Source of the DNA: Macrostomum hystrix | Taxonomy: Eukaryota; Animalia; Platyhelminthes | Length of the DNA stretch: 64,000 bases | NCBI GenBank assembly: GCA_950097015.1 | Contig: CATNEN010000003.1 | Coordinates: 5,828,001-5,892,000 of the forward strand | Direction of reading: 5' to 3' | Part shown: piece by piece, positions 23,701-36,734 of the stretch | How positions within the stretch are numbered: the first letter of the stretch is position 1 | How the letters are laid out: every line of letters starts with the position of its first letter | The notes under the pieces: model-generated | Told to the model about the DNA's origin: nothing | Seen by the model: the letters and a program-made list of their open reading frames with translations, nothing else | The model's database searches: none | Made by a program: the position numbers and the translations under genes

Positions 23701-24899
23701 GTCAGTACATGCTCGTCATTATTTCATGTGGGAACTTGTAGTCTTCTTGATTAGTGACTTCGGCAAAGGCGTGTGCTCAGTTGTTCAGCGGAATAGACAG
23801 CTTTATCTTCTCACAGGATGAGGATCAGCCAAGTGTTGCGCAGTGACCACAGCCATAGGCAAATATGTGTTATGAATCTTTATGATTAATAAATGGAGCA
23901 CTAAACAAACCTGCTAGGAGGGTGAGTGGCAGAGCGCTTGCCACTCGCACCAAGGTCCCAGAGCGCGACTCTGTGGCGTTGCCACATTCATTTGGGGCGC
24001 AGCAGCGGAGAGAAGGCTTGTAGGCTTGTTGTGCAATTTACGCCCTTGAGAGCCAATCTGCAAGGTACAGTGAGAGTGTACACTGCCTGACGATGAGAAA
24101 TTCAGGGCAGATGTACACACCTTTGTGAGCTTGTGTGATCTTTGTGCGTGTGTGCTCAGGAGCCAGTGAAATAGTCAGAATTGTCTCCTCGCTGGCTGTG
24201 GATCTAGTGTCAACAAATAATGTACCATTGCCTGAAATTTCATATTGCTATCTTAAACAGCCGCCCAGTGCAAACCAGGCCTGCATGAACGACTACACAT
24301 TTTTGCTGGCGATTGCTAAGAAGAATTGCTCACAGTTTTACCTGGCTGAGGAGCTGTTTAACACTGCTACAGTGGCATTTATGTTTCCGGAGGATGCTGT
24401 GTATGCTGACGCTTTCGACTTCCAGTAAGTGATGCGGATTTAGAAATTTTGTCGCACTTCAGTATAACCAGGAGTAGAAATCTAGGGAAAAATGGTAGGC
24501 TTTTTATGGACCAAAAATACTCTGCGAAGTCGAGACTGATTTACGAGTTTTCCTTCATTCTACTCCTAGCGGTTCTAGTATATTACCGTACACACGTACG
24601 AGTGTGCGAGCCATGTTAAACTATGATTACAAACGGATGTATTTGTTCAAATTTATTTCAGCATGCAGAAGCTACACGAGTCTGGTCAAATCCAGCGCTG
24701 GTTCGAGCAGTACTGGTCTAGCGACACCATCTGTACAGTTGGCACATCAACTGAGGCGGAATCCATCAATCTGGAAGGCGCTGGTGGCTGCTTCATCATT
24801 TCTCTGAGTTTGTACCTGGCTGGGTTAGCAATTTTGCTGCTGGAACTGATCTGGACTAAGCTGGCGAAGAAACAGCCACTGGATTGCATCATGTATTGA
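20734..24899 (+). CDS. Divergent iGluR-like subunit, paralogue 4 (12 exons)
   Basis: Exons 20734-20959, 21055-21198, 21270-21383, 21455-21840, 21946-22098, 22193-22447, 22590-22696, 22794-22887, 22964-23381, 23487-23692, 24261-24424, 24662-24899. All GT-AG and in frame. Pore GSFMQQG, M3 YAAYTGDLTAHLT, ends LDCIMY*. Confidence 0.92.
20785..22420 (+). repeat. ~1.6 kb near-identical ATD block shared by all six iGluR paralogues (other copies ~1-890, ~9820-11468, ~15899-16841 plus ~17217-17631, ~31568-33170, ~37599-39202)
   Basis: Direct comparison: exons and introns match almost base for base from about ...gacgggcag(g/a)tgagcgagtcg to ...atgggcttcaagaac, then diverge abruptly. Confidence 0.95.
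23918..24232 (+). mobile_element. SINE family A
   Basis: Family match. In intron 10 of paralogue 4. Confidence 0.8.
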
Positions 24900-25167
24900 A
24901 AATTGTGTGATAGTGCGTTCTGATAGCAAAGTCTCGTAGACAGTTCATTTACTCGTAGTTTTTGTAGCACAATTAGAATACAAATCACTTTTTTAGCGAT
25001 CTTATTAACTCCACTGAATTTTCACTGTCGCACATATAAGTTATTTTTTTGCCCTAAAATTAGTTTTTTAGCTTAATGTAGACGGTTTAAGTTGAATAAA
25101 ATTACGATAATATCATACGACTAAAAAAATTCAATAGCAAAGACAAAAGTTAACATACCTCTCGAGA

Positions 25168-26047
25168 GGGTGGTCGGCAAACTCCGGCCAGCGGGTCAGA
25201 TGCCACCCTTGAAGCTTCAAAATACGGCCCTTGGCCCCTTTAATACCTACTCTCCCGGTGTCTCATCTCTCCCGTGTCTCATCTCTCCCGTGTCTCATCT
25301 CTCCCGTGTCTCATCTCTCCCGTGTCTCATCTCTCCCGTGTCTCATCTCTCCCGTGTCTCATCTCTCCCGTGTCTCATCTCTCCCGTGTCTCATCTCTCC
25401 CGTGTCTCATCTCTCCCGTGTCTCATCTCTCCCGTGTCTCATCTCTCCCGTGTCTCATCTCTCCCGTGTCTCATCTCTCCCGTGTCTCATCTCTCCCGTG
25501 TCTCATCTCTCCCGTGCCTCATCTCTCCCGAGTCTCATCTCTCCCGTGTCTCATCTCTCCCGTGCCTCATCTCTCCCGAGTCTCATCTCTCCCGTGTCTC
25601 ATCTCTCCCGTGCCTCATCTCTCCCGTGTCTCATCTCTCCCGAGTCTCATCTCTCCCGTGTCTCATCTCTCCCGTGTCTCATCTCTCCCGTGTCTGATCT
25701 CTCCCGTGTCTCATCTCTCCCGTGTCTCATCTCTCCCGTGTCTCATCTCTCCCGTGTCTCATCTCTCCCGTGTCTTATCTCTCCCGTGTCTCATATCTCC
25801 CGTGTCTTATCTCTCCCGTGTCTCATATCTCCCGTGTCTTATCTCTCCCGTGTCTCATCTCTCCCGCGTCGCGTCTATCCACTGTCTCATCTCTCCCGCG
25901 TCGCGTCTATCCACTGTCTCATCTCCATCTTGTCGCTTATTCAACTGAACTGAATGAAATTCTCATGTTCCATGCAACTCGCTGTCGTCTTTTTAAATTA
26001 ATTTGCATTTCCTTGGCCCGCGTGGCATCTCAGGTTGCCGAACTCTG
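25168..26047. mobile_element. Second hAT (Charlie-type) MITE with the same 16-bp minisatellite, opposite orientation
   Basis: Ends ggtggtcggcaaactccggcc / ggttgccgaactctg. (tctcatctctcccgtg)n array ~25250-25880. Degenerate TSD (ctcgagag vs ctctaaag). Confidence 0.75.
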
Positions 26048-26499
26048 CTCTAAAGCTGAGTTTTTTAAGAACTTAATATGTTTATACTACACAATATACT
26101 ATCACTCTATCACTCTATCATTACGTCACTCATAACCTTTAAAGCACTTTTGAAAACCATAGGAGTATTCATACGTAAGTTGAAGAATAGTTCTACTGTA
26201 AGCTACGAAGTGCAGGTGCGCATATTGGTACCACATATTGCGAAAAAATCACAATGAAGCAAAACTTAAAAATCCTTTGCAATCAGGTTGAACAAGTTTC
26301 TATGCGTTTTAAAATGTATAAAATGTGGAACACCCATGCCATTGCATAATCTTTTTATTGAACCACACCTAAAACTTCCATGCAAGATCTTCAAATATGT
26401 TTTGAATTTTAGAACTGACATCCACAGATCATATGGCTAATTAAATTTACAGTAACAGTACCAACAAGTTGAATTCACAAAGTATCTATGCAAAGCAGA

Positions 26500-26795
26500 G
26501 GGTTCAGTCGCAGAGCGGTTAAAGCGTTTGTATCTCGCACCAAGGTTCCTAAGTTCGATTCCGCGGCGAGGCCACATTTATTTTGGAAGGAGCCGCGGAG
26601 AGAAGACTTGGGGCTTGTGCAATTCACGCCCTTGAGGGTCAACCTCCAAGACATAGTGAGAGTGTGCACTGCTTGACGATGAGAAGTCAGGGCAGATCGA
26701 TGACGCTCCTGTGTGCGCGTGTGTTTAGGAGTCAACGGAATGGGCAGAATTGCCTCCTCACTGGCTGCGGGTCTAAGTGTCACCAAATGACACGT
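26500..26795 (+). mobile_element. SINE family A
   Basis: Family match with B box gttcgattcc. Confidence 0.8.
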
Positions 26796-28055
26796 AATTG
26801 CATTTGAGCATAGTCCATTTTTTCGTATGCAGTACTCACATACAACATCCCAGGCCCAGATGCTCACAAATTTTGTCTCACATCTCGAGAACGCTTGGCT
26901 CGCTAGACAACAGGCTAAAGAATACCGTGATATTGACTCAGCGCAAGACGTAACTTATCAAGTCTTCTGATTAAACTCTGGATTTGCAGACTGTACACGC
27001 TGTGCTTGCAAAGGCAAGGTCCACCAATAGTTATACTTGTAAAAAGATTGTGTCCCGTTGCATACATTTTCTATAGAAGCCTAAAAATATCAATCTAGCA
27101 TACGAGCTATTTACAAATGCTTTTATTGACACGTTATTAAAAAATATTATCCCTATTATCTGAGCTTCTTGTCGAAGGTTTCTTAAAATAACGCGCGTAT
27201 AGTATGTGATGTGTTAGCTAGTGATGACTAAAATATATATTATTGTGCCACAGTCGAGATTTAAGAAGTATAGTATGATATTAGATGTGTCCATTTTTGT
27301 ATTTTGTTAAGAATGAAGCTCGAAATCTCATAATCTACCTATAAAAATTTAACTTCTGATCTAATCTGACTACTTTCAGTAGAATCATAAATTTTACACA
27401 CGTCAAACGAACTTAAAATAAACAGTTAAAGCTATTAGCTACTAAACTAAAGCCAAATTATCATTTTTAAACAAAATAGAAGCCAGTTTCAAATTACAAT
27501 GAGAAATTCTATACTCGTAAGTGTCAACAATTGGTAAATTTTCAGCAAATTTGAGACAAGTTTTAAAAGATGCTAAGAGAAATTGGCAACTTCACAGCAC
27601 TGACCTGTGACTAAAAACTACAAAACACGTTTCTCGAAATCAATTTATGATGGACCATAGAAGAAAGTTGGGGAGGAAGTGCTTATGGCTTACTCGAAAG
27701 TCTCGCAACTTGAAACAACGTACGATCGATTTGCGAGCTCGTAACTTTGCCCAAAAGACCGTTTCTCGCAAGGAATTCTATATAATAGCATCTGGACTGG
27801 AAACGAGAAACAAATTTCATAACTATATTACCACATGAGGCCAATGTGTAGGTGAGCACAGCGGTTCTCCAGAGAAACATATCTACTTAAGCCGTCACAC
27901 ATCTCAAGGCGCCTACATTCCAGGCATGCACATTGAATTTGGTGGAAATCCTATGTTGTGGAGAGAAATGGAGTCTACTTTTTTTCGGAGAAGCATTTCC
28001 AATTGATTTCAATGGCGTTTCAAATTGGTATTCCATCGGTCCCCCAGCTGTTCAC

Positions 28056-29654
28056 CATAGACACTTGTTCCAGAACTGCCACGACTTATGGGCACGCAGT
28101 GGCACCAATTTGAATTGAATCAGATTTCCTACTTGTTTCATTTCATACTCAACGCAGTTTCCTCAGTTTTCTTTGCCAAGGATTTCTGCGCCATAAAAGC
28201 ATATCCTTCACTATGGTGAACAAGTGTTCCGCATTCGGTTGCAAGAGCGGCTTCGCTAATAGTTCAACGCCAGGTACTGTGACATTTCATTGCTATCCAC
28301 TCAACAACCCGAGTCTATTGAAAAAATGGAATAAGGCAAATCCGAGGAAGGCGTTTCAGCCCACCAAGTATTCTCGTATCTGCTCGCTTCATTTCACCAC
28401 TGAGGACTTCGTCGAAACAACTCGAGATAGCAATAGCACTCGCAGAGAGAAGAAGGGCCAGCTGACCAATCGTTATCTAAGGCAAGATGCGGTGCCAACT
28501 ATCTTTCCTAATGCACCTGCTTAACTTTCTACTGTCCGACAAGCAGCTCGGAGCACATGCTCTGCGATGTTATCTGCGCGTCTCGAGGCTGAAAACATGC
28601 GTCTCAATGATCAAATCGCCGACTTCTTTGCCAAAGATTCAATTCTCAGTTGCTCGCCACGAGAAATTCAAGAATTGCTCCAATCAGAGGAAACGAGACC
28701 AGATGGCTTTCAAACTGCAATTTGCAACGAGTTCCTATGCATCTTCATGCTGGAGGTAAAGCATGTCTGCCAGGTTGCGTGCTCCATCTGCATTGGACCG
28801 AATCACAAAGTCTCCGTTGGTCTGAATGGCACAGCACTGTTACAAGACCAGGTGGTAAAATTGGTTGGCACGGATGGAAAAGTTTCTTCCATCAGTGAAG
28901 CTGTAAATTTGATGGCTCCGTCAGATGTCCGGAGCCAACTACTTCATTTCTGCAAGGCAGCTAACTGAAAACAGTCGCAAAATTGCTGCGATCAGTCTGC
29001 TGAACTTTTCTCAGCTGTCACTGGCCGATATTGACAATGCCATTGAGTCTACAACAAATCTACGAATCTACAACACACTGCGCCAAGGATCAGCGCGTGA
29101 AGGAACTGGCGCGAGAGTTTGCAAGCAAGATGGAGATGAATATCCAGCCATTGAGCTCTGACTGCACCGTCATCTACTATATAAGTGGAGCAGTCGCTAA
29201 GAAATTCGTGCAAAGGAAGCGCAGGTGCGCATCTTGCCGCGAACTTCTGCTTGGCTCTGACAATCTGCCGCCTCTTGAGACTGATGACGGGATTCAGGCC
29301 ACGGCAATCGTCTTCTTGGAGGAGATCAACCGGGGTGGCCTGTCCAAGCCGTCTGATATCGCTTTTGGGCTGGCCCGACACTGCCGGCAGGTGTTCGAGG
29401 AGATCCGGCAGAGCAATGAACTGCGCAGACGGCTGCTGCATGTGCCCAACCAGATGCAGCTGTTCTGTCACATTGTCGATGAGATGATGGATCACAGCAA
29501 CTATCTGGAACATTTCATGGGTCAGACGATGTGCACGGATGGCCATGATGTGAAAGAAGGAATCGTGTGCATTTTTAAACTGCATGAAGTAACTTTAAAC
29601 GTCGTTAAAACGAAAAGATTACTCATACTGTGGTATAAAAAAAGTAATCAATAA
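28056..29654 (+). mobile_element. Internally deleted THAP-domain (P-element/THAP9-like) transposase remnant
   Basis: 28213-28524 THAP zinc finger (MVNKCSAFGC..FHCYP..W..ICSLHF..AVPTIF) ends in a stop. 28925 onward RQMSGANYFIS, and 29031-29654 YYISGAVA..CASC..INRGGLSKPS, match P-type transposase C-termini. The catalytic core is missing and there are frameshifts. Left boundary (catagac at 28056) is tentative. Confidence 0.8.
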
Positions 29655-29890
29655 TTGGTTACACCTGCCTCAAAGAGGCTATCGGCAGCACAGCCGCAGC
29701 TATTGCGCGGCGCCTCTGAATGCTGCATACAGCTGTTCAGTCCATGGACTGAGGATGTCACACCCACCCTCAATTACCCAAGCTGATCCTGGTATCCATT
29801 TAGCAGCTTAGTGAATTGAAGCAATGCGGAATTAAGTGTCTTGCTAAAGGACAATTTTCCAGTGCAATCGAGAATCGCACCCAAGATGTT
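29650..29890 (-). mobile_element. SINE family B (CORE-like)
   Basis: Reverse complement of 50038-50345. Confidence 0.75.
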
Positions 29891-31486
29891 TAAGTCTTGA
29901 GTACGACTCTAGAAATCTCGACTTCGGATTTGTTTAAAAGCAAGAAATATCGACAAGCTTTTTATCTGAAGAAGGCCTTAGATTTCTGAGCACTATGTGA
30001 CTAGAAAACAACCAAAAGACTTGGAATTTTAGAGAATACTTCCCGAAGGAAAATCGATTATTGATCCGAGTCCAGTTCGATACACCTAAACATATGCATC
30101 ATTGAGCCAAATCATTAAACTCCAAAGAAATGCTCTTTCTAACATTTCTAGTAACTTCAAAGAAAACCAAGTCCCCATAGTTGTTGTGGGCATTGACTAG
30201 CGTTCAAAGGCATTCATTTGAATGGCAAGGACAACTAACTATAGTTGAATGCTGAAATACTTTCGATTCGTTGAAAAATACTTGAGGGCCGATTACCAGT
30301 AAAAAATCAAAGGGGTATTTCAAATACCCACATTTTTGTAACTCCCAAACAAATCAGCCAATTGCCATGAAAATCCAGAACACAGCTCAAATTTTCGGCT
30401 CTATAATGAAACAATTTTCAGAATCATAAAACGTCGATTGGCATCGCTGAGATATTCAATGATTCTCGTCGAGGTGTCTGGTGGCAAAAACCACCAATAT
30501 AGGCATCATTTTTCTGCTTACAAAATTTCATTGTGTGACCATGTCGGCTATAGTTCTTGAGTACATTTGATTAATTAGATAGTTTATTTTTATCATTTTA
30601 CGGCTTTAAGAGTTTGTTCATCTATACATTTTCTTACGTTATTTAAAAAACGCATTGCAAAATATGATTGAGCCATAGATTAAAATCACGTAAAAAAACT
30701 CGCACTAAATAGTCTGTCTGCCTCAACAAAAATGATCAAAGCCCTTTCAAAATGCTAAGAGGCACTGAGATATTTTACAGCGCTAATCACCCTTTGGCTG
30801 AACCCGTGTATTCACGGCTGACTGACCACCAAACAGAATCACAGACTGGAGGCTCATCCAAACATCTGACTAAGCAATCTAAAAGAATTCGTTTCAGCTT
30901 TCAGCATAAGAGTTTTTAAATGATGTTGCTTTTTATGTTTTACAACGATCAGCCCACGACTACAACGATCGGCCTTACAAAGTAGCAATCAAAATAGATG
31001 CTGCAACATTTTTCAGACAAACAGCTTGTGAAAAGGCAATACTGCCCATTTTAGACTTCATGTCTTATTGATTCACAGCTAGCCAACAAGCCTCTTTTAA
31101 AAGATGATAAAATGCCACCCCAGTCCATGGACTGATTAGCTGTACACGTCCTAATGTGTGTATATATATTTATATTAAATTAGCTTCATGTAATCGAAAA
31201 TTGCTACTTCCCCAGCTAACGCTCATCGTGAAAAAATGCTTTAATTCAGTAGAGTTATTCAAGTTAAGCATTCAAATCCCACTACAAAGAAATCATTCTT
31301 CCACATTTACAAAAAACATTTGAAAGCAACTCATAGAACAATCACACAAATTTCAATCAACCAATCCGAAAGACTAGCCAATAGAAACTCAGCTATAGAA
31401 AAAGGGAAACTAAAACATAAGAATGCTCAGAAAAAGAAAAACTTTTTCCGAAAAAGCTATCAAACTCTACCAAAACTGTCTTTAAA

Positions 31487-34400
31487 ATGGTACTCAGACT
31501 GTTGCTATTCATTACGCTTTTCGGATGTACAATGCCCCTAAGTCTAAAAGTTGCGGTAATAATGGGGGACGGGCAGGTGAGCGAGTCGCTGATGGAGAAG
31601 GCGTTCGCCAGACGCGTGAACTCCAACTGGAGAGTGCTGCAGGGTCACACACTCTCATACGTGCATGTGAATGTGAGCTGGTGCAGTTCACAGCAGGCTG
31701 TCAGGACTGGTGAGTTGGCTGCTGCTGGCATTCGCCACTTGCTGTGCGCTGCCTGTGAAATGCTGAGCACAGTACTGATTGTGAAAGTGTGTCTCGCTCC
31801 GCAGTGTGCTCGGAGAGCGGCCTGTCAGCTCTGATTGGTGTCGGCAGCTGCTCTCTGCTCGATCAGGTGGGCTCACTCAGCAAGTCTCTGCAGCTGCCGC
31901 TCATCGCCCTGCCCACCGGCTTGTGCGACTCGGCCCAGCTGCTCAAAGGTAACTGGACTAAAAGTGCACTTATCTCTGGTCGGGCATGAACCAAAATGCC
32001 GTGCTCTGTGATTTTCCAGACTTCACCATTGTTGGCAGTCACAGCTCCGACAACATGGTGGGTGCTGCAGTGTCCGTCATCACAGCCGACTCGGTGGTCA
32101 GTGATGTGGCCATCTTGTTTGACGGGCGTCAGAGTGAGTACACACTGCTCAAACTCTGTCCTGATGTACAAGTTGTGACGATTCAAAAACACCAATGCTT
32201 GCAGGCAGCACCATTGTGCAGAGCCTGCAGAGCGGCCTCACCGCTGCCGGAGTGAGCAGTCTCACATTCCAAGTGGACAACACTGCCAACGCCTCTGTCA
32301 CTCCGAGCCTGGTGCAGCACCTCAAGCGTCTGGTGAAGAAGAGACTGTTCAAGCTGCTGCTTCTGGCCAGTCCTCGCAATGCACTCTCAGTCCTGAGGCT
32401 GGCCAGAGAAGCTGCAGTCATGCAGCAGAACTACTTCTGGCTCATTCTCGACACTGGACTGTCCAAGGCGGATGTGCTCAGCGTGACGCCAGCGAACGCG
32501 AACGTTGCTCTGCTGAGAGGCAGCGTGTTCACTCACTGCACAGCAGCAGTGATGGATGTGTTTCCTCAGTGCCAGCTGGACTCAATTCGGGTGAGACTGT
32601 CCACTGCAGTGCTGCCTTGCTCACGTCTGTCATCAGCGTGAGTGAGTGACTCAAGCATCGCAGCTCAATCACCGCACCGCACCACATTGAGCAGAGTCTG
32701 GACGCTCGATTCGTGGATGCAGTGGAAGCCGTGGCCAAGGCGCTGAACGACTCTCTGATGGATCCGGGATTCTCTCCGAGCAACGCCTCCTGCTTTCCGC
32801 TGCAGCACTGGACATCGGGATCGACTGTGCTCAGCAAACTGCTCAGCGTGAGCTGCTCACATTTAAACATGATTTCAGAGTCCAGTGAGTAGCTGCACTC
32901 ACTCACTCACTCACCTGCCATGCACCCACTCGATGCTGCAGATAAGCAACTATGACACTCAGCGTGGCCTCATCTCGTACAACAGCTCAAGCAGACACTT
33001 GAGCTCACAAGGCGTCGAAGTGGTCGCGTCCTACAATGAGCTGCGATGGTCTCCGATCTCGATGCTGAAGTCCGCTGAGTTCGATGTGTCGAGCGGCTCT
33101 CTGAGCAAGCAGTTTCGCTACAAGGGAGTGAGCCTGGCCTTTCCCAACACCTTCATGGGCTTCAAGAACGAAACCCTTATTATATGTACTCCTCAGGTCA
33201 TTTCCATATTGTTTCATTAGTGAAAATTTTTACCATCTTGGATAAAGTTAAAAAAGATTTCGATTCATGTTTTTTCCAATCGCTAATTATTTCAGTCTGT
33301 ACCGAAGACAATTTTCCTGCAGAAGTATGCCAACAACACTGTCGTTATAGCTGGAATGACCTTCGATATTCTGAACATCATGTCCAAGAAGCTAGACTTT
33401 AGGTAGCGACAAGTAGAATCGTGTTTTCATATAGAATAAATGTGGCACTGCCTTTCTTCTTTGCGTAATCGTCTCGCCTTTTAGGTTCATTACCAAGGAC
33501 TCAGATGACGGTAACTGGGGCACGCCCCAGCAAGGCCAGAGTTATTTCACTGGCTGCGTTGGCGAGCTTCAGAGAGAGGTGCGTTAGTTTGCTTACTTAG
33601 TCGATATGATTGGGATGCAATCGAATAGCCCATTGTTGAAAACATTTTAGCTGGTTACCATTGCTGCTGGGCCTTTCACGAAAACTTCAATACGAGATGC
33701 CGTCGTGGATTTTTCGACGCCGCTTTTTCAAGAGTCGAACGCCGTACTAGTTCCGAAGCGTGAGCCACCGTCCAAAGCTTGGAATGTGTTTGCGCCCTTT
33801 ACCTGGGATACATGGCTGGCTCTTGTTGGAACTCTGGCTGCTTGTGCAGTTGTAACTTGGATATTTGCCTATCTATGTCCGTTCTCAGCTTATAATCTTC
33901 AGCTTGAGTACGCTGTTGCTGATGAGGTCTGGCTTCAGGAGTACGTCTGGAGTGCCATCGGTAGCTTCCTACAGCAAGGTCAGGACTTTTATCCGTTCGC
34001 AATGTCACCCAGGACAGTCATGGCTTTCTGGTGGATGTTCACCGTCATCATCTATGGAGCCTACACTGGTAGGCTACTGAGCACCTACCTCTGTGCCTGA
34101 CTGTACCGCTCCCGATTTTCAGAACCTTCAAACCTGAGACCTAAATCTGAGCTTTCTAAAAAAGAGAATAACTTAATATCCTCTTTGACAAATCACAGGT
34201 GATCTGACGGCTCATCTAACGGTGACAATTACGAACTTCCCAATACAGACTCTCTCAGATCTTGCAGAACAAAATCAGATAAAGCCAGTGGTAAATGATG
34301 GCACCAATCTTTATTCATTGTTAACGGAAGCCAAGACTGGAGTCTACCAGCAGATATCAAACAAAATGCAGGTCATTGCGTCAAATTCTGACTGTCCAGA

Positions 34401-35422
34401 GAATGTATGGATCATGAACTTCATGCAGACTTATAAACTTGCAATTTTCCCATTTCTTTAATTGTTACAGAGAGGTACATTTCATCACCTTATTTTAGCC
34501 ACCAAAGCCAAATCAAGCTTGCATTGCTGACTACACAACACTGCTGGCCATCGCTATGAGGAACTGCAGCCAATACTACCTGGCTAAAGAGTTGTTTAAC
34601 ACCGCTACAGTGGCTTTTATGTATCCTGAGGACGCGTACTTTTCCAGTTTGTTCGACTTTTAGTGAGTAACGTTTTTTGGAAAGGTTTCTTTATTTTCAC
34701 AGACGTCGTTCTATCTCTTTTAGTAAAATGCTATGAGCGTACAATGCTTCGAATATAGTTTAATGATTTTCGCTGGCGAGGTTTAAACTAGTTGTAGAGT
34801 ACTTTTGATTGCAAGCGCTTCTCTCACATAAGTGGCCTAAATCGGCAAATCAACGGTGAGACCACATTTATTTGGGGCGCAGTCGCGGAGAGAAGGCTTG
34901 GGGGCTTGTCGTGCAATTTACACCCTTGAGGACCAACCTCCAAGGCACAGTGAGAGTGTACACTGCATCACGATGAGAAAGTCAGGGCAGATGTACCCAC
35001 CTGTGTGAGTGTGTGCCTGTGTTCGGTATCTTTGTGAGTGTGTGCTCAGGAGTCAGCGAAATGGACAGAATTGCCTCCTCGCTAGTATTGTTGGTGACGT
35101 TCCCGTGCCTACAGCCCTCCTAAAAATACAAATTTTATGAGTAACTTCAACAGAAAGTTATGGAAATTTCCATACACCTTCCAGCATGCAGAAACTACAC
35201 GAGAGTGGAGTCATGCAGCGCCTTTTTGATATCTATTGGTCCGACGATCAGCATTGCGGTTCGTCCACTTCAACGGATGCAAACACAATCGACATGGAGG
35301 GTGTAGCTGGGTGCTTTATTGTCACTAGTTGTCTGTACATCATCGGGCTGATGATTCTACTTCTTGAACTAGGCTGGACTCGGCTGTGCAAAAGGCGTCC
35401 CAGTGATTGCTTGATTTACTGA
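31487..35422 (+). CDS. Divergent iGluR-like subunit, paralogue 5 (12 exons)
   Basis: Signal peptide MVLRLLLFITLFGCTMP, shared ATD block, GPFTKTSIRDAVVDFS, pore GSFLQQG, M3 YGAYTGDLTAHLT. Ends RRPSDCLIY*. LBD-to-M4 splice junctions checked in frame. Confidence 0.9.
34855..35125 (+). mobile_element. SINE family A (5'-degenerate)
   Basis: Family match. In intron 11 of paralogue 5. Confidence 0.78.
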
Positions 35423-35904
35423 CACACCCTAGCCAGAGATAGAAATAAAAATTCATTATCTGCGCCAGGAAGAGATAATAAAACAAAAGGAAACTACTTG
35501 ACTTAAACTCGTACTAATAAGGACTATTAATCAATGCCGTAAAAAAACAAATTTCTACATTATGAGATAAACAAAATGCGGAAAAAAGTTTAAAAACAAA
35601 CGTATATTATTGAGTTATAAATAAAAAACATCACGCGTTCCTGATACAGTGACACCAAATCGATAATCCAAGAAATTGTGGATTCTGCTAAAAAATGCAC
35701 CCGATGTTTTAAATTCTGCAAATTCTGCACATACTGCCCGATTGAAAGTCTGCAAAATAATCTTGTGTGTCGTGAAAGCCTTTAAAAACTTGTTTTTTCA
35801 TATAAGTCTTATTTATCTTTAGAACAGTTTAACAATAACGTAAAACTGGTCCTTGCAAACATTATAGCAAAATATTTCAGCAATGCCCTAGTGGCACCAC
35901 AGGT

Positions 35905-36440
35905 GACTTGACTTACTTGACTTATCTGCAGGGCGGTCCGAAGGACACAGCGGGGAGGCGGGGGTCGCCCATTCCGCTAATCCCTGAAAGACCCGCTTCG
36001 GCCGATGGCGCGGGGCCAGTCAGGGAGGTCCGTAGCCGGTCCTTAACGCCCTGATGCTCGTCTGTTAGCCCTCAGGAACTGGACAAGCCGCAGGATGTTC
36101 TCGGATCTGCAAACGTCATCCATGGATGGGTTTGGTCCGAGGTGATTAAGCCTCTCCCTGGTAAAGAAAGGGCAGTGACAAACGAAGTGCAGGGCATCCT
36201 CGTTCTCAAGGTTACAGAATGGGCACAGCTCACTCCGGAGGTTTCCTCGGAGGAAAGTGTCTGGCGTAGCAGTGTCATCGTGAGGGCCCGGATGTCCTTC
36301 CAGGTTTGGTTTAGAAGGACCTTCCGGAGCCGAGTGGATGGCACCGGGACTGCCGCTTTGGATTGGCGGGAGTTAATGGTGCTTCTCCACCGGGTAAGAT
36401 GGAGGTTGGAGGCCCAGTCATTAATCGGACGATAAATCAG
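35905..36440 (-). mobile_element. 3' end of a 5'-truncated non-LTR retrotransposon (I/LOA-group-like)
   Basis: Minus strand encodes RQSKAAVP..LLNQTWKDIRAL then, frameshifted, CPFCNLENEDALHFVCHCP, the C-terminal CCHC knuckle of LINE ORF2. Followed by a 3'UTR and a (TAAG/TCAAG)n tail at 35905-35924. Confidence 0.7.
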
Positions 36441-36448
36441 AGGTCTTA

Positions 36449-36723
36449 GAGGTCATTCCACGCAATCTTCATAAGCGTGCAGCGTGAACTCATTTATTCA
36501 CACGATTTATCTTCTGCCTATGTCACCTGTGGCGCCTGCGCCGGGCCCCTCCCCCCGGTCCTAATTCCAAACACCGTCATCCAAACATTCCAACACCATG
36601 TTTGGAACTAGGACCGGGGGGAGGGGCCCGGCGCAGGCGCCGCAGGTGACATAAGCAGAAGATAAATCGTGTGAATATATGAGTTCACGCTGCACGCTTA
36701 TGAAGATTGCGTGGAATGACCTC
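36449..36723. mobile_element. Palindromic MITE (~125-bp inverted arms, ~25-bp spacer)
   Basis: GAGGTCATTCCACGC...GCGTGGAATGACCTC with near-perfect arms, flanked by TA on both sides. Confidence 0.85.
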
Positions 36724-36734
36724 TAATACTCGTA

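Noticed and set aside
25170-26135. ORFs with a 16-aa VSSLPCLISPVSHLSR repeat
   Set aside because: Open in all frames because of the 16-bp minisatellite inside a MITE.
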